A DNA stretch of 63,334 nt, the filler included, from Reticulomyxa filosa (taxonomy: Eukaryota; Protista; Foraminifera): the NCBI GenBank assembly GCA_000512085.1. It is 13 parts of 13 records of this genome, joined end to end, with 100 filler letters (N's around TTAATTAATTAA, not from the genome) between each part and the next. Parts side by side here need not be neighbours in the genome. Positions count along the whole stretch, not along the records: positions 17,688 to 45,379 come from ASPP01024156.1; positions 45,480 to 50,423 come from ASPP01005429.1; 11 more parts are not named here. One strand, 5' to 3'. Below the pieces are notes generated by a model, which was given only the letters and a program-made list of their open reading frames with translations, was not told the origin of the DNA and made no database searches. A program made the position numbers and the translations under genes. Shown one piece after another: positions 38,355 through 50,423 of this stretch (positions within the stretch are counted from its first letter, which is position 1; every line of letters starts with the position of its first letter).

Positions 38355-41300
38355 ATGATTTGGTTCTTAACTTTTTGGTCAATCGTTGTTTGGTTGACCC
38401 GTATTTGCAGTTTTCCTTAAAAATTTTTACATTTTTGTTTTTTTTCTCAGTTTTTTTGAAAATTATTTTTACACCTTAAAAAAAAAAGTGAGTGAAACAT
38501 CAAATTTACCTGAATCTGAAATGAATGCATTATTATGTTTTTATAATGCAACTCATGGATTGGATTGGAATATTTCATCAAATGATGGATGTTCATTTGA
38601 AGGAATAACTTGTGATTCAGAAAATGGACAATCAACTATTATTAGAATTATTTTAATACGTCAAAATTTGTTTGGAAAAATACCCAGTTGTATATCAAAT
38701 TTTACTAATTTACAACAATTAGTTTTGGCAGAAAATTTTTTGAATGGTTCTATCCCTCCTGAAATTTGGTATATACGTCTTCATTAAAAAAAAAGTTTTT
38801 TTTAATATACCCTTATTATTACATTTTTTGTAAAAAATAGCCAACTTTCAAAGCTGGATTTATTAGTATTGGAATTTAATAAGTTTTTATTTATTTATTT
38901 CTCTCTCTCTTTTCATTGAAAAGTATTTTTTTTTATAAAAATAAATAAATAGACTGACAGGAACAATACCATTAGAAATTGGTAATTTAACATCTCTACA
39001 AGAATTACATTTAAAACGAAATAAGTTTTGACAAAAAATTATAAAATTATTTATTCTTATTTATATTATAATATATAAATTTTTAAAAAAGAATAAATGG
39101 AAGTATTCCAACAACAATCGGAAATCTAAAAAATTTAATAGTATTGGATTTGGCAATGAATCAGTTAAATTGATTAATAAGATATTTTCTTTTAAAAAAA
39201 TTATTATTATTATTATTTTTTTTTTTGTGGAGAATAGTTTGACAGGTATAATACCATCAGAAATTGGCAAATTAATTAATTTACAAGAGTTGTACATGGA
39301 TGAAATAAAGTTAAGATACATGTACTATGTATACATATATACATATTCGTAGTTTTTTTTGTTTTTTTCAATATTATTAGAACCTTGAGTGGTACAATTC
39401 CACCAGAAATTGGTAATTTGACCAATTTACGATATTTAATGTTGACAGAGACTCAGTTAAGTAATGATAAATGAATTATATAACATGTAAATTAGTTTGT
39501 TTTTTTATATGATAAAAGAATAAGTGGTAGTATACCTCCTGAAATTGGTAATTTAACGCAGTTGTTAATACTTGATTTATTCAAAAATCAGTTAAAAAAA
39601 ATATATAAATAAATACATATATGTACATATACGCATATATATATACTATTTATCTATTTTATATATTAATAAAAGATTGAATGGAAGTATTCCTAAAACA
39701 ATTGGAAATTTAATAAATCTAAGAAAATTACATTGGCATGCAAATGAGTTGAGTTGTTTTACTAATAATTAATTACTCATTATTATTATTGAATATTATA
39801 TAGATTAACTGGAAGTGTTCCTTCAGAAATTGGCCGTATGTCTGAATTAGATTCAATATTCTTATATAATAATCAGTTTAATTTTAATATTAAAAAAACA
39901 TTTAAGATAATACAATTTTTTATTGTTGTTAAAATAATTGAAAAGTTTAACTGGTCCTGTACCAAAAGAAATTGGAAATTTAACAAAATTAAAAGTATTA
40001 GATATAAGTTTGAATAAGTTAATTTTTAATTTTTTTTTGTAAATAAACAAATATAATATAATTGATTTTATGAAATTGATTGACTAGTTTGACCGGTACA
40101 CTACCAACAGAAATTGGAAATTTAACAAATTTAAGATTTTTAGCATTTGGTCCAAATAAGTTAAGTTTAATTACAATTTATAAAATATAAAATATAAAAT
40201 ATAAAATATAAAATATAAAATATAATATAAATATAAAATAAGTTTAAGTGGTACAATTCCACCAGAAATTGGAAATTTGATCAATATTCGATTTTTGGAT
40301 TTGAGTGAAAATTCGTTAATTTAAATAAATAAATATATGTATATTAATTATATCTTTTTTATTTGTTTATAGATTTTATGGTACAATACCAAATACAATT
40401 GGAAATTTAACTGATTTAATTTCTTTACTTTTAAATCAAAATAAATTAATTGGTACAATACCAGTAGAAATTGGAAATTGTTGGAATTTATCTATTTTGG
40501 AATTATCCCGAAATTGGTTAACTGGAACAATACCATCTGAAATTGGTAATTTACAAGAATTACAGTTTTTAATTTTAGAAAAAAATGAACTTAATGGTAC
40601 AATACCAAAAGAGATTGAAAATTTATGGTTTTTACAATATTTAATATTGGGTTATAATAAGTTATGAAAAGTATATAATATATAAATATACATAATATTT
40701 ACAACATTTGCATTTACATGTATAAATATATAGATTAACTGGTGAATTACCACAATTAGATATATTATCATTTTTAACACTTATTGATCTTAATAATAAT
40801 ATGTTAACTGGAACTCTTCCATTTCCTGATTCTTATAATTGGGATAATTTAATTATGCTTTCTTTAGAAAAAAATATGTTGAATGGAAATTTACCAAAAT
40901 TACCTAATAAAATGTATTCTACATTAATTATAACATTGCATATGAATAAATTTTCAGATCAAAATTTACATAATTGGTTAAATGAATTATTTCAAAAAGC
41001 ACCAGAATTACAAATATTATCTATTTATAATAATCCACATTTAACAGGATATCTTCCAAATAGTATATATAATACTAATATTGTAATGTTTCTTGCACAT
41101 GGATGTGAAATTAATGGAATATTACCATGGAATAATAGTCAAGGAAATATTCAATTTGCTACATTATTACAAAATCGTTTATCTGGTGCAATGCCAAATA
41201 ATTTAATTCAAACAACTGATGTAAAAAATATAAGTAATGTTACTTTTATTTATAATGATTCAATAATGATATTATCATTTAATATTAATACTAAATTAAA

Positions 41301-43227
41301 AAATGGATTATATTTATTAGGTAATAGATTTTCAGAAAGTAAACAATGGTATGAAATATTTAATAATAAAGAATTACCAACATATGTATCATATGATGAA
41401 AAAAATGCAAAAAATTTATATATTACAAAAGGAATTAATTTTATTGATATGATAATAACTGGATTTATTATAATAATTATATTATTTTTATTTTTACGAA
41501 AATTAAGAAGATATTTATTTATTAAACAATTTTGTGGTAATAATATAATATGTTTTAAAATTCAAAAACTTCCAAATCATATTGGATTTAAACAAATGAA
41601 AATAATATTAAAATGGTTTAATAATTTATTTACAGCAATAATTATTAGTTGTTTAATAATAATATATATATTAAATACAACATATTATAAAAAAGGATAT
41701 TTATTATCTCATTTTTCATTAGCATATTTTGAAAATCCATCATTAATTATTACAATATTATTAATAATTATTATTTTATTATCTAATATTATTATTTTAA
41801 TATATGCATTTAAATGGATAATTAATCCTCCATTTATTATAAATAATAATAATAATGATAATAATAATTCAATAAATTTATTTACTTGGCAAAAAGGAAT
41901 AACATTATTTTTATTATTTTTAGGATGGATTTTAATTGTTATAATTGTATTATTATATTTTGCATTTGAATCATTACCAAACAATAATACATTACACATA
42001 TCATCAAATTTAATTTATACAATTCAAGGAATAATGTCATTAGCATTATCTTTACATAATTCTTTAATAGCGCCAAATCTTTCAATTTATACAATTGAAT
42101 TTATATTTTATATTATAAATATTCAAAATCGTAAAATTATTCAAAAATTATATAGTTATGTAGCATTATTTTTACAAACATTGGTATGTATTATAATACC
42201 ACTTATTTTTGCATCATATTTTTATAATAATTGTGGTAGACATTGGATATATTATTGGGAGACTTGTTCTGGAAAAGATTCTAATGAAGCTATTGTTAGT
42301 TATCATTGGATTTTTTATGATATTGGTTTAGTTTGGTATATAGACAAAAATGTAGCAGTATTAAATTGGGGCGATTTATGTCAATATCAAAATTTTCAAT
42401 TTTAGTTATGTTATATATACATATATATAATAAATATACATATATATGTATACATAATATATCTTTCTTAGATTCATGTATTCGTGAAATTTTAGAAAAA
42501 TGGGGAAATATTATGGTAGCTAAAATGGCAATTAATATCTTTTTACCATGGATTCGTTTACCTAATATTCGTGCTTTTTTATTTCAATGTAAATCATTAC
42601 AATTCTTAGCTGGATCAAATGAATTAAATTTTGAAACTGTAGGATTATTTGTTAATGTAGAATTAGTAATATTATTAGGATTATTTTGTCCTTTAATTGT
42701 ACCATTATGTGCTATGGCAATTATATCTAATATCTTAAATTTTCAATATTTATTAAATATAAAATCTAAACATTTATCATCTTTACAAGAAAATCTTATT
42801 GAAAAAGATCATCATATTTATAAATTATCTGATGAAATACCTGCATTTCCAATATCAATATTAATTATTCCATTTTTATTTCAACAAATTATTTGGACAT
42901 TATCTGGTGCATTAAGTAATAATATTTATTCTCATTTAATCAAAAATATATTTGGTTATGCATTTATTATTATTGATATTTGTTTCATAATTATTGTTAT
43001 TATTGTAAAATATTTTTATGGAATACAAATACAACAATACAGTTTATTTTATTTATTATAAATAAATATATTTATATATACATATTTTTTTTGTTTATAT
43101 AAAATAAATCATAGAAACATCTGAAAATAAATTAACATTAAGTAGTATTGAACAAGATCAAATATTATATGATGAAACAGAATATCATCAAATGCAACCA
43201 ATGGAAACACTAAAAAAGGAACTTTAA
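38355..43227 (+). CDS. LRR ectodomain + ~10-TM membrane receptor, about 17 exons
   Basis: Signal-peptide exon 38355-38400 (MIWFLTFWSIVVWLT). LRRNT exon from 38489 (SEMNALLCFYNATHGLDW..C...GITC). Plant-type LRRs (LxGxIPxEIGNLxxLxxLxLxxN) in small exons 38841-40660. Large exon from 40734 with TM helices; last exon 43115-43227. A 1-nt phase mismatch remains at intron ~42405-42471. Confidence 0.85.
38953..40314 (+). repeat. Array of ten single-LRR exons (nine of 72 nt, one of 75 nt), all phase 2-2
   Basis: Exons 38953-39024, 39092-39163, 39238-39309, 39381-39455, 39519-39590, 39676-39747, 39804-39875, 39946-40017, 40088-40159, 40243-40314. Each is preceded by AG and followed by GTT. Confidence 0.92.
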
Positions 43228-43482
43228 GTAAAAAAAATTGATTTCAATTATTGCAAATATGTAGTATAATATTCAATCAATTTTAAATATTTTTCAAAAA
43301 ATCATTCATGTAAATGTATATAATTCAATATAAAATAAATAAAAAATAATTCAAAATTATTATCATTTCCCATGCTCATCTGTTTCAGCGCATCGTTTTT
43401 CAGAAGTTGAACGAAAAACCTCTGAAGTAGGTTTTTTTTTTGTGTTGTTTCTTGTCAAAACAAGAGTTAAGAACAACAGTTT

Positions 43483-44657
43483 CAATATCATATGATTGAG
43501 CAAAGCATTCCTGGCGAACGGAAAGAGAATGGGTAGGTAGACTCAGTTAAAACAACCTCTGTGATGGCGATAATTTTTAGTGGGACGTTTCATTCGTATT
43601 TGATAGCTTTTCTGATGATTAATGGCAAATCATTAGCGAGATCGATGGACACAATTGACTTATACATATTGTGCATATATATAATATTTTCATTTGTTTT
43701 CTTTTTTGTTTGGATATGTGATTTGAGCAAATACGAAAATATCTTGATACATATATCTTCAAAAGGATTTCCTTCCACTTCGAAGTATAAAAGCACCAGT
43801 ATACGTAGACAGTAGATTATTACACCTACTTGAAAGTTAATGTTCACATTAAAAAAAATAAAAAAAATAAAAAAATTGTTTCCAATTTAAGTCCCTCTAA
43901 GTTTGATTAATCCCTTTCACAGGATTGAGGGAAAAAAAAAATCCCTTATGTTGCACTCCAAATAATAGATTCTCAGACTTCTGATGTTGAGCTGCAACAT
44001 GATACCATCATAGCAAATGTTTTTGAAGTTGAAACGTACCGTAAATTAACCGAACGAGTAAATTGCTACAAAGCGTTGTTAAAGTACGTTGATTTAGATA
44101 CTGCCCCTTTGATTCTGGAGTATATTCCCCTCAATGTCTACGAAGCAGCACCCACACAAAAGGGCAAAATACGTTTCGAAACCAATTCTGTTAGCTACTT
44201 TGATAAATGTAAGAAATGGAAATTGGACCCTCACCATCGGAAACGCTGCGTTAGTTTGCTGATGTTGTTTTTCTTTGACTATTTTTTGGGATCTGTTGCG
44301 GTTTTGCACTTCAGGGATTGGCCGTATATCATTCCTGAAGAGATGAGATGCGTCAATGTGGAAAATAGTTGTATTAGAAACATATAAAGTTGGACAAAGT
44401 AAAATTTGGTAAATGGAAAATCAGACCTTAATAGAAAATCCTAATGTCTGTTTTAAAATGAAAATTGATAGCACCAACGATATTACAATCGTTAAAATAA
44501 GAGGTATCGCAGTTTATCATGTCCTTTCATTTATTGGAATTTTTATTTGTGTGCCTATCATCATACTGTGTTCACAAAAAAGAGGTAATGTTACAAATTA
44601 CGACTGCTGTGGTCGTAAAATGTCGTGCCTAGTGTACGCAGGCCAAACGACAACTTA
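43483..44657 (+). pseudogene. Internally deleted paralog of the 27123-29105 membrane-protein gene
   Basis: Paralog vs intact copy: YLIAFLMINGKS/YLVAFLILEGKS; LKYVDLDTAPLILEY/LHYVDLHIARLILEY; YFLGSVAVLHFRDWPY/YFLGSVALLRGGDWPY; NQTLIENPNVC identical. Frameshifts, stops and large deletions in the paralog. Confidence 0.75.
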
Positions 44658-45479
44658 ACGTTACTTGTTTGTCTTCAAATTGTAAATGGGGGCATATCTA
44701 AGAATAAATAAATAAACGTATATATTTTCTTTTGATGGAAAGTAAATACTGACAAAAGAATACGCTTATTGCATAAATTGTTGTTTATCTGTACATACAA
44801 TCAACAGATAAAAAATCCTCCTAAGATAAACTCATATCAGCACTCATATATTTGTTCATGAAAAATTAATATTTATTCAAATAATATCTATGTATCGTGG
44901 AAAACCAAAAATGTATTTGATTTTTAATAAAAGTGTAGAAAACCGTGAAAAAATCGTTCTTTTTTGAAAATTATAAGAAAAACGAATGGCTCGTATATTA
45001 AAAGATAAAAACATTACAAGCTTTATTTTGGTTTTTTTTTGTGTATTATGCCTGTAGGGCAAGTCCCTACTACAGATTACAAACTCTGAAAGAGTTGATA
45101 AGCCCCCAGTTAATTAAACTTTATGGTTTTTTTATGTTATAATTTAAATTAAATTTAATTTTTTTACTTTTATAAAAATAAAATTTCTGTTGAAAAAAGA
45201 ATTTAAATTTTCAAATACAGAAGATAAAAAAGAAAGTTGACACTTAAAATGCCACCTTATAGAGATGATTGTGTTTCTCCATGAAAAAACAACACTTAAT
45301 CAAAATTTTTTTTTATTTAAAAAAATATCTACGAATCGTGTAGTTTTTAAATATCATTTTGGTTTTTTATTAAGTCTTTNNNNNNNNNNNNNNNNNNNNN
45401 NNNNNNNNNNNNNNNNNNNNNNNTTAATTAATTAANNNNNNNNNNNNNNNNNNNNNNNNNNNNNNNNNNNNNNNNNNNN

Positions 45480-45511
<32 letters not shown>

Positions 45512-46445
45512 AACAATGTTATAACAGATCGATAATGTTACCAAACAATCCAATGCAAATGAAATTTTGTTTTGTTTTGTTTTGTTTTATCTTGTGTTTT
45601 TGTGACAACAACGAAAGATAAACCCAAATCTGCCACAAATAGAATAGCATCGCTTCAAAAAAAAAAGAAAAGGAAAGGAGCAACAAAAGGAAATGACCAA
45701 GAGGGAGAGGAAAAAAACAAACAAAAAAAAAAAGGAAAAGGGAAAATAAGGTATCGATCGAGTGTGAAAATTACGCTTCTTAGTTTCAGACCCATGACCC
45801 AACAATACGAAATATAATAATGAATAAATAAATAAATAGACTAAAAAAAAGAGATGTGGTATGTAGGATTATTTTCTTGTTCGTTTTTTTTTGTTTTTTT
45901 TTTTGTTGTTGTTGTTTTTTTGAAGGGAATACATCACAAGGTTATTACTAAAGTGTTGAGTGCATCTTTTTTTCCCCCTCTCAAGAAGAGAAGATGACAC
46001 ATGTCTCAACACGTATGGAAAAAATAACCAACGAGCAATAAAACAAACAGGCAGAAACTAAAACTAAAAACAAAAGATTAAAGGGAAAAACGAGTGAGGA
46101 AATTGGAACCAATGCTACTATTTAAAACCCTCTTTTTAACACATTAAACAAAGAGCGAGGGACAACAGAAAAAGTTATCAAGTAGCACAAAGTAAAGTTT
46201 TATCTCTTGTGCTTTATAGTCAAAGGCGGCTTGTGGAACATTTATTCCAAAATGGAGTAGGAGTCAATAAAAAATTGCTTTTTCTCATCCAAAAAAACAA
46301 AAAAAAAGGGGGGGAGCAATTTTATGCGCTATGTCATTTCTAAAAAAAAATGGTTTAAATGAGACCCTGTTCGCGCGAGTACGCAAAAAAAATAAAAAAT
46401 AAAAAAATCAGCAACAAGACCAAGGACTAAAAAGAAAGAAATTCC

Positions 46446-47539
46446 TCACACCTCAAAAGCTTGATTAAGAATAGCCCCATTTTGTGGTTGTGCAGTCCAC
46501 AAGCCTTGTTCCATCGAAGTGCGTACATTTTCTTCATTGTTGCTACGCAAAATGAAAAATGCAATTTCCTCTTTGTTTGTGTCATTTCGATTGGACGCAA
46601 CCCATTGATTTGAATCGCCACCAATGTTATTGTCTGCAGTGGCAATGATATTATCATTGTCATTGTTATTGTTATTATTATTATTATTATTATTATTGTC
46701 ATTGTTATTATTATTATTATTGTTATTGTTATTGTTATCATTATTATTATCGTTGTTATTATTATTGTTGTTGTTATCATTATCATTGTTATTATTACTA
46801 ATGTTATTGTTGTTATTATTATTATTGCTATCATTATTATTATCGTTGTTGTTATTGTAATTGTTGCTATTGCTGTCACTTTCTTGAGATTTCCTATCCC
46901 TTGTCTCATCCACTTCGTGTTTGTTTGTATTTTCTGCTGTCGACACTGTCTGCTGCATTTCACTGTCGTTATCTATTTTTGCAATGTGTCGGCTGTCCTC
47001 ATTATCGCCAATGGCAGCACTCGTCTTGTCACCGGGACCGGTTTCGTCTTTGTTTTTGTCTTTGTCACCGGTTTCATCCCTGACATTTAATTGCTCGGCT
47101 TGCGCTATGCCTTTGTTCAATTTAGTTAGATTATCTCCCAAAGGCATTTCGTCCATTTCTAGTGCTGGTAGGATCTCTACATTGTTCAAGTATGTTTCCA
47201 TATTCTTATCTTTTTTTTATAAGAAAAAAGTTTGAGAAAGGAAGAGGAATTAAAACTTAAGGAAAACATTTTTCCGAAAAATCGCAAATTCGAAACTTTT
47301 TTTTTTTGCTGTGCGTGCTTACCTTCATAAGATCGTGACAGCATTACATTTGGCATATTTTCATTCGTATTTGAGTTTGTTTGCTCATTCCTTTCATTCA
47401 AAGTTGCTTCCGGGCCAGAACGACGGTGAGATGGTCTGTGCCCCCCCCCATGTACATTTGAACAAAACCAAGGAATTGAAAAAAAAACTCAACCGCCGCT
47501 GTTCAACAGACAAATCCAACTCGTTATCATCTGAGCCAT
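46446..47539 (-). CDS. YTH-domain protein (partial model) with poly-Asn tract
   Basis: FFILRSNNEENVRTSMEQGLWTAQPQNGAILNQAFE is the start of a YTH domain. Downstream exons not resolved; upstream exons tentative. Confidence 0.6.
46650..46870 (-). repeat. Coding (AAT/AAC/GAT)n microsatellite giving poly-Asn
   Basis: Imperfect trinucleotide repeat within the YTH gene exon. Confidence 0.9.
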
Positions 47540-47966
47540 AATCAACCTCAATTTCCATGAAAGCGCAATTTATTTCTAAATAATAAAAAGTATTAAAAAA
47601 TTCGAACGTTCAAAAAAAAAAAGGGCCTTTTTAAAAAAGCAAACACAACATATAGCTGCTTCAGTATTAGTTAATGAAAATATTTGCAAATTCCAGTTTG
47701 CATAATCGATTATATTTGCCAGGAATTGATATATTTTGTATAAAAATCACAGTGAGTAATTTGTAGTACAGAAATTCAGATTCTGTCACTTGTTTTTGTT
47801 TTTTTTTTGTAAAAAAAAGAACACTTTTTTTTAGTTCTTTACACAAAGCAAAGTAAACAAACAAAGCAAAACAAACAAAAATAAAAGAGGAAAAAAAGCA
47901 CGGACAACACATGAACACTTGAGAATAACACAACTGTTCAAAATTGCAACATTATTGTGTTTTGTT

Positions 47967-49856
47967 TTAAAAGTAAAAAGTAGGAAATGTATTTATGAGG
48001 TTTTGGCTTTTTCTCTTTCTTTTTTGCGCATAAATTTGCAAGGCAGCGGCGATGGATTTGCTGGGATTGTCATAGTCCATAATCAAAGCCTTGTTGTTGG
48101 GTTCAAAGACCTCTTGGAACGTGGTCAAGAGGTCAGTAAAATACATTTCACCCAAAATGAATAGTATATTGGTAGTGTTTCTATGGACTGCGATTTCATA
48201 CAATTGAAATTGATGACATAAGAAAACCAACAAAACCCACTCTTTGCGAAATATATTTAAGTCATTTTCGTCGAGCCCAATGACGACTTTACGTGTCCAG
48301 CTTTCCTCTTTCCTTTCTTTCGCGTTAAGATTGTTGGGGCCTCCAACGATGGGAGTGCTATTGGCACTTTTCGTATTCCCATTGCCATTTACCGCCTGTT
48401 TTTCGTCGTCGTTCTTAGGATTGAAGCCAGAAATGGTCACATATATCCGCTCTTTTTTGTTTATATCCGACTGAAGTTTGCTCACTTGCAATGTCAGATT
48501 TTTCAATGCATTCGCCAATTCTTTTTCAATGTCAATTTTGTCACTATATTGAATTGAAGTATTCCAGCGATTTTTCCCAAAATGGCGTAACTTGTTTTGT
48601 TTCGTGTGCAAAGTGTATCCAATTATTCATACGACGTAATCAAATAAAAAAATACATTTATACATATATTCATATTTTTATGCATATTCTAAAAATGTAT
48701 ATATACATATATAAATATATATATATATACTTATATATGTGTATACGTCTCTTGTTATTGAAATAGCACAAGTCTTACTTATTTCACGTGAAATTTTGTG
48801 TCTCATTGTTTTGTTTGAATTTTTTTGCAATTTTTTTTTTTTTTTTTTTTTTTAAAAAAAACACAACTTGAATTTGAAAACCAATGTTTGGCATCACTTT
48901 CTTACGATGAATCAATATTCTGTTCAAAGTCTCGGGATATTGTTTTTGCAACTTTTTCATCAAAAAGGCGACGACGATTGCACTTGACCGACTCTTGCCT
49001 TCTTCGCAATGTACCAACACTCCATTGCCATGGGCGAGTGCCTCCTCCATAAATGGAAACACTTGAGAAAAGTAATCCGTCACAAACACAAACGGAGAGT
49101 CTTTCATTTCCAACAATAAATGTTTGGGGTCCTTGCGAGTTGTCCACCATTGTTCATACAATCCTAATTATTATTATTATTATTATTATTGTTATTATTA
49201 TTGTTATTGTTATTGTCATTTTTTTTTCACTCCCTTTTATCACTTCTTTTTTTTTTTTTTTAGGATTTCATAATTCTAAAACCGTAGTAGGATCGTGGTT
49301 CGGACATGGATAAGCACATACCTATTGACACAATATGTGTTATTTTATGTTGCTTTAAAATTTTTGTTTGCCCATCTGACGCCGCTTGATATTGACCCAA
49401 CCATAAGTTCGGGTAAACTTCATCCATGTATTTCTGATCCGTAACACGGTGCAAAAAAAAAAAAAAATCATTCCATTTCGACGCACCAAAGTTACAAACA
49501 AAAACGTAATCACCTCATGACGATATGACGGATTCGCTGAGTTCGCTGGTTCTGGCGACAACATCACCTATTAAAGGGACTGCTATTCAAGTTTATAAAA
49601 TTTGTTTTCTTAATAAATTTATTCACAATCCGCGCTTTTTTACCTTTCCTTGTCCTTTCTTGTACTTCAAGCTTTCAACAACTGTGTGTCCAGCGCCACT
49701 TTTTTCAGTAAATGTGTTATCATCAACTAGAAAAGTGTAATATGAAAGTTGGATTATTTTAGGTATAAAAGCGGAAACAAATCACCTATTTGGATCCCTA
49801 GAGTCAACACTTTGTTCTAAATGTACTGGGCTGATCTTTGTAGTATTTTCTTTCAT
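47967..49856 (-). CDS. Dual-specificity protein phosphatase, multi-exon
   Basis: EVYPNLWLG, HKITHIVSI, VLVHCEEGKSRS (CX5R), PNIGFQIQ. Start and first exons tentative. Confidence 0.85.
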
Positions 49857-50071
49857 TTGTCACGTCTTAAAATGATGGTATTGTGCAAGATACTTGATAT
49901 ACACTATATAAAAAAAGTCAATTTATTTTATCTTTTTGACGATAAGTGAATATAAAAAAAGCAACAACCCGAACGACAGTTTTTAAGTTTGGAACACGAA
50001 AGAAAGTGTTTTTTTGGACGTTTAAAAAAAATACTTGTTTTCATTTTCAAATTTGCTTTAACTAGGCAAAA

Positions 50072-50423
50072 ATGGTGGTCGTTTCATTAGCGTATGTATT
50101 CCTATTATTTTTCGGATTGCTGTGCAAGGGAGATCCAGCAAGCGATTTGACAGTGAACAAAGTGATACAAGACAACTGTAAAAATCTTCAGTGGACAGGA
50201 AATTATAACAAAAGCAAAACAACATCAGGTAGTGGCAGTTGTTTTCATGGAGCCTGGACAACAGGCGATACTTCCGTGATGAACACACAAGTTAATGCTG
50301 TGGGTAAATTTAATGTTACGGTGAGCCTGCGGCTTTGGTTAATCTGCAGTTTGGTACAAATAAGAGAGAGAGAGAGGAGGAATAAGAAAAAAAAAAGGAA
50401 TTCCTTTTTTTTATTCAATCAAC
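50072..50423 (+). CDS. Secreted protein, 5' fragment truncated by gap
   Basis: Signal-peptide-like MVVVSLAYVFLLFFGLLCKG followed by a Cys/Trp/Gly-containing segment. Confidence 0.35.

Noticed and set aside
38953-40314. Regular ~140-nt periodicity resembling a CRISPR or satellite array
   Set aside because: The repeated units translate as LRRs and the spacers are GT-AG introns; no identical direct repeats or cas genes.
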